A stretch of DNA of 64,000 nt from a virus. The notes under the pieces were generated by a model. The model had not been told where the DNA came from. It worked only from the letters and a program-made list of their open reading frames with translations, and searched no databases. This document shows, piece by piece, positions 28,820-39,651 of this stretch. The position numbers and the translations under genes were made by a program. How positions within the stretch are numbered: position 1 is the stretch's first letter; each line of letters begins with the position of its first letter. The DNA lies in IMG/VR virus record IMGVR_UViG_3300024348_000008; one strand, written 5' to 3'.

Positions 28820-31800
28820 GTGGCAGATAAAGATTTTAAAATAAAAAATGGTCTCGAAGTAGGAGATCATATTTCATTACCTGATAGTAAACAGGTACAA
28901 TTTGGCGATGGAAGTGATGGAACAATTTATCATGACGGTTCTCATTTTAGACTTCGTGCCGGCACAGGCACTTTCAACGTACAAGCAAACGACTTTCATA
29001 TTACCGATGCAAGTAATACTACTGCTAGATTTGTAGTTGATCATGACGGCACAACAAGCATACGTTATAATGGAGTTGAAAAATTAGGTACGTCTTCTAC
29101 CGGTGGTGCTCTTACTGGAGTTTGGACAGGTAATTCTGTAACACAAGGAGTAACTAGTAATAATACTGCCTTTGCTACAACAGAATTTGTTACAAGAGCG
29201 GTTAACAATTTAATCGATGGTGCACCGGCTACTCTCAATACACTTAATGAAATTGCTGCAGCAGTTAACGATGATGCCAACTATGTTGGTACAATTAATA
29301 GTGCACTCGCTCTTAAAGCTCCTTTGGCAAGTCCTACATTTACAGGTACGGTAACTTTACCGGCCACAGTTTCAAGTAGTATAACACCTGCCTCAGATTC
29401 AGTCTATAGTTTAGGATCAGATTCTGTAAGATTTGCAGCTGGATATCTCGACGGTTTAAATGTTACAAATCATGTAACAGCCGGGGGTTCTAGCTCAAGC
29501 TCGGTACCCATTTTTAAATTTGAAGGTGATACAAATACTGGTTTAGGTTATATCGGAGCTGATGCGGTTGGTTTAATAGCAGGTGGTTCTCGTAAGTTCT
29601 ATGTAAATGCCACAACAGCCTATTTTCAGAATCTTTCAGGTGGAACTTCTTTTGGCTCTAATGTTACTATTACTGGTACAGTTACAATTCCAAGTACATC
29701 AAGCGGTAACGTCAATAACGAGAGTCATGTACTTATAAGAAATCTAGCAAATGGCAACATTGTTACAGATTCTCTTTTATATAATTGTGCAGAGGACAAA
29801 CTAACTGTTGCAGGGGGTACTTTCATAACTTCTGGCTACATTAGAAGTGGAGCTGCAGATATGAAGTTTGGTACTGCATCAAATGGTGTAATGATTACCC
29901 TTGATGATAGTGCTAATACCGTTGGTATTGGCTCTAATGTTACTATTACTTCAACTAGCCCTACACTTTCCTTAGTCAATACTACAGCTGGAACAGGAAA
30001 GACATTTCAGTTTCGTAATCTTTCTCAAGGTGAATTTGATATATTAGATCCATCTAGTAATTCTGCTATTGGTATAAACAATTTAGGGTGTGTGGCTATT
30101 CGCGGAAGACCTGCTTATAACAATGCTAGTATTGGGATTAATTTATTTTCTGATAGTACTACAGGAGCAACGCTAGGAACTCGAATACAAAACAATGGGT
30201 CTGGTAGATTATTAGATGTTAATAGTTCTGCAGGTACTAAATTTACTATTCTTAACGATGGCAAGGCAAGATTAGGAAATGTGCTATCAACACACGGACA
30301 CGCAAACGCTGATGATCTTATTGTCGGAGACATCTCAGGAGCGTCAACAGGATTAACTATCGTAACTGCTGATGGTGGTACTGGTAATATTCATTTTGGA
30401 GATGGTACAAGTTCAGGAAACGCAAATATTCAAGGACAGTTAATATACGCTCATAATGATAATTCTATGCGCTTTTACACCGCTGTTGCTGAAAGAATAC
30501 GTATTACTTCTGATGGAGATGTTGGTATAGGATGTACTCCGGGTTCAGGAACAAGACTAGAAATAAGAGATGCAGCAAACTCGGCAATCATGGAGCTTTC
30601 AGGAACAGATGGTCGTGGATTAAAGTTATTTACTAAACCAAGCAACTGGCCAACTAATAGTGGTCAAAATGATGCATCGGTTGTTTATAATGCACAAGAT
30701 ACTGAACATTCTATCTATCCCCACCATATATTCCAAACGGGTGGTAATGAAAAATTACGAATTCAAAATAGTGGTGTTGGTATAGGGCTTGTACAGCCTA
30801 ATAATAAATTAGTATTATCAGATAGTTCAGCATCCTATGCTGGTCATGGAGGAGGTACTTATCTAGAAATTGTAAGAGGATCAGGCGCAGATGCCGGAAT
30901 AATCCTTAATAAAGATACTGGCCAGTGGATGATGGGAATTGATAATAGTGATGGTACTAATCCACCATTAAGATTTGAATATAGTGCTGGTGGATCTGCT
31001 CATGCAGGATTAGGTAATGGCACCACTGGATTAACACTTAATTATCAAGGTAAAGTTGGTATAGGTGAAACGGTCCCAATTAGAAAATTAACAGTTACTC
31101 ACCAAGGGAATGTAAGTGCCTTAATACATATGGACACTGACACTGTCGGTGGAACTGCAGCAGTTGAATTTAAAACGGATAGCACAAATAATGATAGAAG
31201 AATAAAAGGTGCTGTTATATTCAAGAGAGACGATCCTGGTACTAGAGGTACAGGTTCTTTAATACTAGCTACTCACGGCTTAAATAATGATACAAATGTT
31301 TCAGCGACAGATGCTAGATTAACAGTACAATCCCATGGAAATATTGATATAGCATATGGCTTACGGAAAGGTGGATGGCCGGGGTATGGTAATCCAACTC
31401 ATAGTGGTGCATATCAAGGAGCTGATGGCGTTGAATTTGGTTATGAGGGAATTTTTAAAACTGACACAATAGCAGGCTCAACCTCTGCGGCCGCAACAAG
31501 CCAATTCTTATCAGTATATTCTTCGGGACATTGGGGAGAATATCCAATATGTAGGCTAACTTATTATGGAACATATTATCAAGCTTCTTATAGACAATAT
31601 CTATTTAGAATGACTAGTTCTACTATTCAACTCGTAGAAAAACACGCATATGGTAGTACAACGTCTTTTGGCCCTGGAGCAGGTAATATAACAGCAAGTA
31701 GTGCAGTATTAGTAGGTAATGCTACTCATTCAGGCCAAAGTGTATATAGATGTGATTTAACGTTTGAGACTGGTGGTGCTTATGCCAGAGGACATGTTGT

Positions 31801-31957
31801 TATAGAAATAAGTTATGGTGGTGGCGGTAAAACCTATTGGTACAGCTCTGGTAAAACCCAAGCTCAAGTAGATAGTCATCAACAAACAAGGGGTGGTGCT
31901 TATCACTTTAAAACGCTCGCCGATAGTGCAATGCGTGAACAATATACAACTTTTTAG
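28820..31957 (+). CDS. tail fibre/receptor-binding protein, cassette 1 (GTG start)
   Basis: MADKDFKIKNGL N-terminus; GAPATLNTLNEIAAAVNDDANY; four VGIG module junctions; aromatic-rich C-terminal domain. Confidence 0.75.
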   Translation: MADKDFKIKNGLEVGDHISLPDSKQVQFGDGSDGTIYHDGSHFRLRAGTGTFNVQANDFHITDASNTTARFVVDHDGTTSIRYNGVEKLGTSSTGGALTGVWTGNSVTQGVTSNNTAFATTEFVTRAVNNLIDGAPATLNTLNEIAAAVNDDANYVGTINSALALKAPLASPTFTGTVTLPATVSSSITPASDSVYSLGSDSVRFAAGYLDGLNVTNHVTAGGSSSSSVPIFKFEGDTNTGLGYIGADAVGLIAGGSRKFYVNATTAYFQNLSGGTSFGSNVTITGTVTIPSTSSGNVNNESHVLIRNLANGNIVTDSLLYNCAEDKLTVAGGTFITSGYIRSGAADMKFGTASNGVMITLDDSANTVGIGSNVTITSTSPTLSLVNTTAGTGKTFQFRNLSQGEFDILDPSSNSAIGINNLGCVAIRGRPAYNNASIGINLFSDSTTGATLGTRIQNNGSGRLLDVNSSAGTKFTILNDGKARLGNVLSTHGHANADDLIVGDISGASTGLTIVTADGGTGNIHFGDGTSSGNANIQGQLIYAHNDNSMRFYTAVAERIRITSDGDVGIGCTPGSGTRLEIRDAANSAIMELSGTDGRGLKLFTKPSNWPTNSGQNDASVVYNAQDTEHSIYPHHIFQTGGNEKLRIQNSGVGIGLVQPNNKLVLSDSSASYAGHGGGTYLEIVRGSGADAGIILNKDTGQWMMGIDNSDGTNPPLRFEYSAGGSAHAGLGNGTTGLTLNYQGKVGIGETVPIRKLTVTHQGNVSALIHMDTDTVGGTAAVEFKTDSTNNDRRIKGAVIFKRDDPGTRGTGSLILATHGLNNDTNVSATDARLTVQSHGNIDIAYGLRKGGWPGYGNPTHSGAYQGADGVEFGYEGIFKTDTIAGSTSAAATSQFLSVYSSGHWGEYPICRLTYYGTYYQASYRQYLFRMTSSTIQLVEKHAYGSTTSFGPGAGNITASSAVLVGNATHSGQSVYRCDLTFETGGAYARGHVVIEISYGGGGKTYWYSSGKTQAQVDSHQQTRGGAYHFKTLADSAMREQYTTF
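29652..29950 (+). repeat. 23-bp direct repeat (29652..29674 and 29928..29950) bracketing an in-frame 276-bp module
   Basis: ttggctctaatgttactattact occurs twice. Confidence 0.85.
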
Positions 31958-31965
31958 GAATTAAT

Positions 31966-32214
31966 ATGGCAACACAAATAGCATACGTACATATTCTCTC
32001 AGAAGAAATAATATGTGTAAATATAACAAATGAAGAAGGGGCTACTGGTGAACAGGGTCAACCTGATGGTGCCACATGTACAACAGTTAATCCACATCTA
32101 GAAACAACAGTAACATATGAATTAGTAGATGGAGTTGTAACTGCAGTATCACAAACAGATGTTATGGATAGAATGAATGATCCAGATGATACAACAGTAG
32201 TAGCTCCAACATAA
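31966..32214 (+). CDS. small acidic protein, putative fibre chaperone of cassette 1
   Basis: AGGA RBS; follows a fibre gene like the other cassette partners; ends VAPT. Confidence 0.6.
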   Translation: MATQIAYVHILSEEIICVNITNEEGATGEQGQPDGATCTTVNPHLETTVTYELVDGVVTAVSQTDVMDRMNDPDDTTVVAPT

Positions 32215-32225
32215 TAGGATATAAA
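32200..32225 (+). repeat. 26-bp cassette junction repeat, copy 1 (copy 2 at 35758..35783)
   Basis: gtagctccaacataataggatataaa identical in both. Confidence 0.92.
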
Positions 32226-32230
32226 CAATA

Positions 32231-35200
32231 ATGGCATTAACTAAAATAAAATCAACAGGAATCGATACTCTGGCCGGAGATATATCTCTTGTGGATAGTG
32301 CTAAAATTAATCTTGGTACTGGAAATGATTTACAACTGTATCATTCGGGTTCTAAGAGTTATATTAAAGATGCTGGAACCGGTAATTTAGCTATATTAAC
32401 AAGTACGTTAGAATTAAATAATGCTGCAGATTCACAAAACATGGTTACTGCTAATGAAGGTGGAGGGGTTTATCTTTACCATGCTGGTTCAACTAAACTA
32501 GCCACAACATCTACAGGAGTAACAATAACAGGAACAGCCGTAGCAACAGCATTTACTGGTAACGTAACAGGTAATGCATCAACTGCTACTCAAGCTTATG
32601 TTAGTAATAGCGATGGTAATGGTAATTACAGATTAATATGGACTACTGGCACTACTTCAGGCAATTCACAGTTATTCAATACTGGTGGGGTTACATTAAA
32701 TGCATCTACTAATGCAGTTAGTGCAACAACATTTATTGGAGCTTTAACAGGTAATGTTACAGGTAACACATCAGGTACAGCAGCTACAGTAACAACAGCA
32801 GCACAACCAGCAATTACTTCTGTAGGAACATTATCAAGTTTAGCAGTAGGAAATATTACAACCACCGGATATATAAGAGGTCCTGCATCTTTTGTAATCG
32901 ATCCGGCAACACATGGCGATGATACCGGTACACTTGTTATAGCAGGTAATCTTCAAGTTGATGGCACAACGACCACAATCAACAGCACAACAGTGTCTGT
33001 CGATGATGTTCAAATTATTTTGGCTCAAGGAGCTTCAAATTCTGCGGCAGCGAATGGTGGTGGTATTATACTTGATGGTGCAAATGCAAGTATTTCATAT
33101 ACTCATGCTACAACCAGTTGGGATTTTAATAAACCAATTAAATCAGCAAGCTATATAGAAGCCGTAGGCAATATATCTACAGGAACCAATGCTGGAAGAT
33201 TAAGAGCCGGTGGTTCTAATGAAATGCAACTCTATTTTACAGGGTCACATGGGATATTAAGCAGCAGCACAGGTAATTTCACAGTAGATGTAGCAGGAGA
33301 TATTATTCTTGATGCAGATGGTGGTGATATTAAATTCCAAGATGCGGGAACAGATATTGGATCATTAATTCATAGTGGCAATGACTTACAAATAAAATCT
33401 GCTATATCAAATGGAGATATGGTATTTAGAGGTAATGATGGCGGAACTATAATAACTGCTGGTTACTTTGATATGTCAGATGCAGGAGCATTCCATGTTA
33501 ATACTGACATACGCATCAAAGACAACATGGCTGTACGCTTTGGAGATGACCAAGATTTTAGAATATATACTGACGGTAGTCATACAACTCTACACAATGG
33601 AGTAAGTAACCAAGATATAATGTTTAAAGGTGTTGATGATGGCGCAGCTATCACAGCGCTTACTTTGGATATGTCAAACGCAGGAAAGGCAACCTTTAGT
33701 GGTATTGTAAAATCATTGGTTGGTTTTGAAAGCGGCGATTTATTTATAACCCCTAACGAAATTGACGTAAGTTCTGGAGACCTAACACTAGATGTAGCAG
33801 GAGATATTACTCTTGATGCTGATGGTGGTGATATAAGATTTAAAGATGCAGGTAATACTTTTGGTTATGCAAATGCTAACAATATGGATTTTGTTCTTGG
33901 AGTAGGAACTCCAGATAAAGATATAATCTTTAAAGGAACGGACTCAGACGGTGCTGGTGCAATAACAGCTCTTACTATTGATATGTCAGAAAGAGGAAAA
34001 GCAACCTTTATTAGTGGTATAACAGCAGGAACCAGTACTGCAGGAGATTGGGGTTTAACTCTCAATACTGAAGCTGGCGATAGTATGAAACTGTCTGTCC
34101 AAGATACTGGATCCTCAGGAGCTGCTCATGGAATACTATCTGTTTCAGATGGTGGGTTTACTATCGACGTGGCAGGAGATATTAATCTTGATTCTGCTGG
34201 CGAAATAAGAGTACAAAATCAAACTCTTGTAGATAGTGCAAATACAAATTATATTATGACCTTTCCCAATAATAAAGGTATTGCTATAGGCAGTGCCTAT
34301 ACGTATGGCGAATTAAATGCTAACAATGGCAACCTTTATTTAAGAGCTAATTCATATCCTGCGAATACAGGCTCAACCTCCAAAATATATTTACAAACTG
34401 CCAATGGTTCAGGCGGTCAAGCGGCAGATGTAGTAATTGATAATGGCAACGTTGGTATTGGAACAACTGATGTAGGTGCTCCACTAACTATTCAAACTAA
34501 CGATAGCACTACTGGTGATGTTGTAAATACCATTATGATTAGAAATACGTCAACTGGAACAACTACTACAGGATTTGGTGGTGAAATTAGATTCCAAGCT
34601 GAAAGAAACAATGGTGCTATTCAAAACACAGGTAGAATTGCATCAACCGCAGACGTTAATTCTGGAACTAATATATCTTCTGGTCTTGGTTTTTGGACAA
34701 GTACAGTTGGAGTTATTACTGAGAAAATGCGTATTTCTTATGATGGAAAAGTTACGGTATCTAACAACAAACCAATATGGTCAGGTTCTTATGGTGGTGG
34801 TTTATTCTTAAAAGGTAACAACTCCACCTCTGACAGATACGCGAGAATATGCACTGTTGACTCTACTGGTGCTGCAATTAACAACGGATTAACAGTCAAT
34901 AACGATGGCTCAACTACGATAGATTGCGGTCAAACATATGGATTAAATATTTTAGGAAATGGTAGTGGATTAAGATTTTCTACTGGCTCAAATCAAAGAC
35001 TATATTGGAACACTCATAGAGCTCTCGAAGGAGCAGCAGATGGTAGTGTCTTACAAGTTGGAGAAGGTTTCACAAAGATACTTTCGCAAGGACGAGAAGT
35101 TTGGTATGCAGACGGCGTATATCATTTCAAAATAAGCAAGGCTGTTACTTGTACTGGTAGTTCTGTTACTAGACACACGCTAAATATTAATACTCTTTTA

Positions 35201-35560
35201 GGTGCAGCCACAGGTGGCACACTACGATATGAAGTTTCAATAGCGGGTTACGGAAGTGGTGGCTCTAATGGAGCAAATGCTAAATATAGTGTGGCTGGTT
35301 ACTCTGGCCACAGTTATTCAGCTACTAACTACGGAAGTTTTGGTGCCGGAACTATTCAAAATGGTTACAAGTCAAGTAACAGCACATCTTATGATGCTAA
35401 GGGGATTTCATATCATCCATGTATAAACATGGGTTCGTATATAGCCAATGGGGAAGTGTGGGCATATGTTCCTGGTGCACAACAATATGGGTTCACAATT
35501 TCAAACAACAGTAGTAATAACTTCGGTGCTATTTTAACAGTAGAGGGGATTTATACATAA
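32231..35560 (+). CDS. tail fibre/receptor-binding protein, cassette 2
   Basis: MALTKIKSTGIDTLAGDISL start; GNDLQLYH..SYIKDAGTGNL; DIILDADGGDI repeats; GNVGIGTT. Confidence 0.75.
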   Translation: MALTKIKSTGIDTLAGDISLVDSAKINLGTGNDLQLYHSGSKSYIKDAGTGNLAILTSTLELNNAADSQNMVTANEGGGVYLYHAGSTKLATTSTGVTITGTAVATAFTGNVTGNASTATQAYVSNSDGNGNYRLIWTTGTTSGNSQLFNTGGVTLNASTNAVSATTFIGALTGNVTGNTSGTAATVTTAAQPAITSVGTLSSLAVGNITTTGYIRGPASFVIDPATHGDDTGTLVIAGNLQVDGTTTTINSTTVSVDDVQIILAQGASNSAAANGGGIILDGANASISYTHATTSWDFNKPIKSASYIEAVGNISTGTNAGRLRAGGSNEMQLYFTGSHGILSSSTGNFTVDVAGDIILDADGGDIKFQDAGTDIGSLIHSGNDLQIKSAISNGDMVFRGNDGGTIITAGYFDMSDAGAFHVNTDIRIKDNMAVRFGDDQDFRIYTDGSHTTLHNGVSNQDIMFKGVDDGAAITALTLDMSNAGKATFSGIVKSLVGFESGDLFITPNEIDVSSGDLTLDVAGDITLDADGGDIRFKDAGNTFGYANANNMDFVLGVGTPDKDIIFKGTDSDGAGAITALTIDMSERGKATFISGITAGTSTAGDWGLTLNTEAGDSMKLSVQDTGSSGAAHGILSVSDGGFTIDVAGDINLDSAGEIRVQNQTLVDSANTNYIMTFPNNKGIAIGSAYTYGELNANNGNLYLRANSYPANTGSTSKIYLQTANGSGGQAADVVIDNGNVGIGTTDVGAPLTIQTNDSTTGDVVNTIMIRNTSTGTTTTGFGGEIRFQAERNNGAIQNTGRIASTADVNSGTNISSGLGFWTSTVGVITEKMRISYDGKVTVSNNKPIWSGSYGGGLFLKGNNSTSDRYARICTVDSTGAAINNGLTVNNDGSTTIDCGQTYGLNILGNGSGLRFSTGSNQRLYWNTHRALEGAADGSVLQVGEGFTKILSQGREVWYADGVYHFKISKAVTCTGSSVTRHTLNINTLLGAATGGTLRYEVSIAGYGSGGSNGANAKYSVAGYSGHSYSATNYGSFGAGTIQNGYKSSNSTSYDAKGISYHPCINMGSYIANGEVWAYVPGAQQYGFTISNNSSNNFGAILTVEGIYT
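32239..32310 (+). repeat. about 72-bp near-identical 5' gene repeat shared with 39657..39728 (first 36 bp exact)
   Basis: aactaaaataaaatcaacaggaatcgatactctggc in both, then four mismatches. Confidence 0.9.
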
Positions 35561-35772
35561 TGGAACTTTTAAACTTAGGTATAGTTCAAGTATATGAAGA
35601 TGGTCTTTTTAGACATATTCACCCATCTACAAAAGTAGATGAAACGTGGCAAGACACAGATGTATCAGGAGAAACAACAGAAGTTAAAGAATTTTGTGAA
35701 GCATCTTGGACTAATGAAATTAAAATAGAATATCAAACACACATTGATGCAAATTTGGTAGCTCCAACATAA
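35560..35772 (+). CDS. small fibre-associated protein of cassette 2 (putative chaperone)
   Basis: TAATG coupling; GIVQV..EDG..FRH..P..DTDVSGE..EVKEFC...WT.E pattern resembling small proteins that follow phage fibres; ends VAPT. Confidence 0.65.
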   Translation: MELLNLGIVQVYEDGLFRHIHPSTKVDETWQDTDVSGETTEVKEFCEASWTNEIKIEYQTHIDANLVAPT

Positions 35773-35783
35773 TAGGATATAAA
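35758..35783 (+). repeat. 26-bp cassette junction repeat, copy 2
   Basis: identical to 32200..32225. Confidence 0.92.
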
Positions 35784-35788
35784 AAGTA

Positions 35789-38700
35789 ATGGCATTAACA
35801 AAAGTAGTAAGACATTTAAGTAGCACACCAAGTATTGTAGATGGTGGGAACGCTACTGCGATCACGATTGATAGTTCAGAGAATATATCACTAGCTTCAC
35901 ACGTTCAAGTAGCCGATAATAAAAATTTAAAGTTTGGTGATGATACTGATGCACAATTGTATTATAATTCATCTAATGATATATTTTATATTTACAATAG
36001 TGGTGCTAATGGTGGCACTATTATACAAAATAATAGTGCATCAGGTGGAATTGTATTACAACCTGTTCCTAACGAAAATGCCGTATTTTGTGCACCTAAT
36101 GGCGAAGTTATACTTTATCATAATAGTTCAGCAAAACTAACCACAACATCGACAGGAATAACTGTCACCGGTGCAATTACTGGTACACTTGCAAGCACTG
36201 TTACTGCAACTACACAATCAGCAGGAACTAATTCAACTTTAATCGCAACGACAGCCTATACAGATGCTGCAATCACTGCGCTTGTTGGTGGTGCTCCTGC
36301 AACCTTAGATACACTTAACGAAATTGCGGCATCAGTTAATGATGATGCTAACTATGTTGGTACAGTTAATAGCTTACTTGCTGCAAAAGCACCTTTAGCC
36401 AGTCCTACATTTACTGGAACAGTAACTACTTCTGGTAATTTAGATATAAATGGAAATCAGTTAATCTTAGATGCAGATGCAGATACTTCAATTAGAGAAT
36501 CCGCAGATGATTATTTAATAATGAAAGTTGGTGGAACGGATTTAATTAAAATAGATGCAAGTGGTTTAGGAATAGGAATAAGACCAGCAGAAATGCTTGA
36601 TATTCAGTCGGCTTCAGGCGATGCAAGAATAAGATTAGATGCTCCTGCAGGTTCAGACACAGAAGTTAAATTCTTTAATGCCGGCTCTGCTCAATATACT
36701 ATTGGACATGATGATGGTACTGATAACTTTGTTATTGGTGGTGCTAATGTAGATGCACCTTATGTTAATGTAACTAAGGCAGGATATGTTGGTATAGGAA
36801 TTACGGATCCTTCAGATTACTATGCAAAAAATTTAGTTGTAAATAGTGGTGCCGAAGGTGGTATCACTATTGTCGGTGGAACGGGTCATGTGAACTATCT
36901 TATGTTCGCTGACGGGACATCGGGTAATACTCAATATCGTGGTTATATTGAGTATAGCCATATTACTGATGGAATGAAGCTCAATACAGCAGGTACTCCT
37001 GCGCTAACTCTTGATATATCTCAAAACGCTATATTTACAAACGATATTAAGTTTACTTCTGATGCTGGTGGAAACATAGGATTAAATTCCGGAAATAGAC
37101 CTAATAATATATCTATGGCAGGTGGGCTTGGTGTTAATGCGGCTGCTGGAGGTGCAGGAACGATCGCCTTCTCAGGTGATATAACACAAGCACAAGGTGA
37201 TTATCTTTATAGTGGTGGCACCAACTTTGATATTAAGCATACAGTTGCATCTCAAAATATAATTATTTCTACAAGACCTAGTGGTGGTTCTATAACACCT
37301 AGAATGAGAATCACTCATGATGGAAAATTTGGTATGGGAGATACTCCATCTAATTTAACCTCTGAAATAATAACAATAACAACTCCGGCTTCTGGTGGTG
37401 GACAAGGTATAGCCTTTAAACGATTAGACAGTAATAATGACCAAACAGTCGGACAAATAAGATTTTCTAATAATGCAACAGATAATTTAGCATATATTAG
37501 ATGTATTACAGATGGAGATACTACATCTTCAAGATTAGAGTTTCATACAAATACCGGTTCAGCAACTGCTGCAAACTTAGTAATTAAAAAAAATGGTAAT
37601 GTTGCTATAAATTACGGTTTAGGCGGTGGGGCTATAAACTCTAAGTTCAATGTTTTTGCAGATGGCGAAGCTCTTCGTTTAGATGGTACTGCAAACACAT
37701 CACGAACACTTAGATTTAGAAATGCTGCAGTCAATGGTTCTGGTAACGCAATTATAACATCAGATGGAATTTTACAAATAAAGACAGAAGATGCTAATGC
37801 ACACATATATGTAAACTCCGTAAGAGATATTGCCATGCAAGTCACGTCTTTAAACGGAACTGCTGGCCACTTTACATTCTCCTCTTATAATACAGAAATT
37901 ATGAGAATTGATGGTGCTAATAACAGAGTTGGTATAGGTACTGGAGCGAATCCTAATCTTAAATTGCACGTAGAAGAAAACGCTGATACTTGGGTTGGAG
38001 AGTTTAAGAACGTAAGAGGCGCTGGTGGTTATGGTTTAAGAGTTGATATGTCAGCAGGTAGTGCTACAGATACAAGATATGCTCTTGGTGTTTATACACC
38101 AGGTAATAGTGGCCTTTTTGTAAGAAATAATGGCAATGTTGGTATTGGAACAACGGCCCCTTCAGATACATTAGTTGTTCAAAGAAGTACTGCAAATATA
38201 GAACCTATACTCGTTATTAAAAACGATAATACTACTGATGATAATGGTGTATCAATAGATTTCTCAGGTAAAGATACATCATCAAATCATGTTATATATG
38301 GTCGTATTGCTACGAAATATACTAATCATAGTACTGAAAAATCTCATATGATTTTTACACACAGAAATAATAGTGGTACTTTTGATGAATGGATGAGAGT
38401 TAATCATGATGGCCAAGTTGGTATCGGAACAGCGAGTCCAAGTTCTGCATTGCATGTTCATGAGAATGATTCTGCCAAAGGCAATACACAATTACATATT
38501 CATAATGATAAAACAGATGATGCAGGTGTACTAAGAATTGAAGGTAAAAGAATCTCAGAAAACGATACAGCCCAAATTTTACTTGCTAATAATGGTAATT
38601 TAGTATCAGCAATTAAAGCATATTCAGGCGGAGATGGAGGGCATTTAAGATTTTATACAAGTAAATCTGGTAGTGGTTCTTCAGCTATGGATGAAAGATT

Positions 38701-39295
38701 ACGACTCCATGATACAGGTGTATTAGAATTTAAGGGTAGTGATAATACAGAAGGTATTAAATTTGGTTCTAATCAAAGAATATATGGTGGAACTATCCGA
38801 GCATTTGAACCCGCAATGACTTCCGATGGAACAGTTTCTATAGGTGAAGGATTAGATGCAGATGATGGAACAGTTTCTATTTTTGGAGTGGTAAATATTA
38901 GAGAACAGTTAACTTCTCCTGGAGGAGGAGTAGATGCTGGTGAATTTATTTCTTATATGCAAGGAACTGGTTGGACAGATATACTTAATATACATTTTTC
39001 TAACGCGTCTTGGGGGTCTATAACAATTAATGTTCAGTTCCCGGGCAATTCAAGTGGATCTGATTCTGTATTTCAACAAGTTACTGCTTATGGTCATGCT
39101 GCATTGACCGGAGCAAATGTAAGTTATTCGGATATTAGTGGAGAAGGAACAGGTTATTTTAATTGGGTTAGTTTCAGCGGTGGCACCAAACTTCAACTTA
39201 AAACACAATATTCAACAGATGATGCCGCAGTAAGAATTAGTTATACAATGAATCATCGAACAAGTCAAAATTTATGGGTAGAGAGGTTAGCGTAA
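35789..39295 (+). CDS. tail fibre/receptor-binding protein, cassette 3
   Basis: MALTKVV start; ATAITIDSSE; GAPATLDTLNEIAASVNDDANY; four VGIG junctions. Confidence 0.75.
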   Translation: MALTKVVRHLSSTPSIVDGGNATAITIDSSENISLASHVQVADNKNLKFGDDTDAQLYYNSSNDIFYIYNSGANGGTIIQNNSASGGIVLQPVPNENAVFCAPNGEVILYHNSSAKLTTTSTGITVTGAITGTLASTVTATTQSAGTNSTLIATTAYTDAAITALVGGAPATLDTLNEIAASVNDDANYVGTVNSLLAAKAPLASPTFTGTVTTSGNLDINGNQLILDADADTSIRESADDYLIMKVGGTDLIKIDASGLGIGIRPAEMLDIQSASGDARIRLDAPAGSDTEVKFFNAGSAQYTIGHDDGTDNFVIGGANVDAPYVNVTKAGYVGIGITDPSDYYAKNLVVNSGAEGGITIVGGTGHVNYLMFADGTSGNTQYRGYIEYSHITDGMKLNTAGTPALTLDISQNAIFTNDIKFTSDAGGNIGLNSGNRPNNISMAGGLGVNAAAGGAGTIAFSGDITQAQGDYLYSGGTNFDIKHTVASQNIIISTRPSGGSITPRMRITHDGKFGMGDTPSNLTSEIITITTPASGGGQGIAFKRLDSNNDQTVGQIRFSNNATDNLAYIRCITDGDTTSSRLEFHTNTGSATAANLVIKKNGNVAINYGLGGGAINSKFNVFADGEALRLDGTANTSRTLRFRNAAVNGSGNAIITSDGILQIKTEDANAHIYVNSVRDIAMQVTSLNGTAGHFTFSSYNTEIMRIDGANNRVGIGTGANPNLKLHVEENADTWVGEFKNVRGAGGYGLRVDMSAGSATDTRYALGVYTPGNSGLFVRNNGNVGIGTTAPSDTLVVQRSTANIEPILVIKNDNTTDDNGVSIDFSGKDTSSNHVIYGRIATKYTNHSTEKSHMIFTHRNNSGTFDEWMRVNHDGQVGIGTASPSSALHVHENDSAKGNTQLHIHNDKTDDAGVLRIEGKRISENDTAQILLANNGNLVSAIKAYSGGDGGHLRFYTSKSGSGSSAMDERLRLHDTGVLEFKGSDNTEGIKFGSNQRIYGGTIRAFEPAMTSDGTVSIGEGLDADDGTVSIFGVVNIREQLTSPGGGVDAGEFISYMQGTGWTDILNIHFSNASWGSITINVQFPGNSSGSDSVFQQVTAYGHAALTGANVSYSDISGEGTGYFNWVSFSGGTKLQLKTQYSTDDAAVRISYTMNHRTSQNLWVERLA

Positions 39296-39624
39296 TGGAT
39301 ATAATGAATATAATATTAGAGAAAGGTGGATATGACAACTGTACAGCAGAAGAAAAAACTGCTGCAGATAATTATGCCTATGCTCAAGTACGAAATAGAA
39401 GAGACAAATTATTAGGATGGACAGATAAATATGCAGTTCCTGATTTTGCACATAAGACCGAAGATTTAAAAGCTTCAATACTTGTCTATAGACAAGCATT
39501 AAGAGATATAACAGATACAAAACCAACTTTAAATAATTATATGATAGTAAATAATATTACTTGGCCAACACACGAATATGTAACAGATGAAATGATTTTA
39601 AAATCTGGACCGTTTACAGTATAA
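39295..39624 (+). CDS. phage tail fibre assembly chaperone; start placed at the ATG overlapping the upstream stop
   Basis: VRNRRDKLLGWTD..PDF..YRQALRDIT..ITWPT; TAATG at 39293..39297 is in frame with the 39274 ORF. Confidence 0.8.
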   Translation: MDIMNIILEKGGYDNCTAEEKTAADNYAYAQVRNRRDKLLGWTDKYAVPDFAHKTEDLKASILVYRQALRDITDTKPTLNNYMIVNNITWPTHEYVTDEMILKSGPFTV

Positions 39625-39632
39625 TGCTCATC

Positions 39633-39650
39633 ATAGGATATAAATAGTAA
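39633..39650 (+). promoter_or_regulatory. late promoter (39639..39646) inside an 18-bp junction repeat shared with 43650..43667
   Basis: ataggatataaatagtaa in both; ATG 13 nt from the first T. Confidence 0.85.
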
Positions 39651-39651
39651 T

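Noticed and set aside
38825-38880. 17-bp direct repeat gatggaacagtttctat
   Set aside because: A local 13-codon duplication (DGTVSI) with no sign of wider significance.
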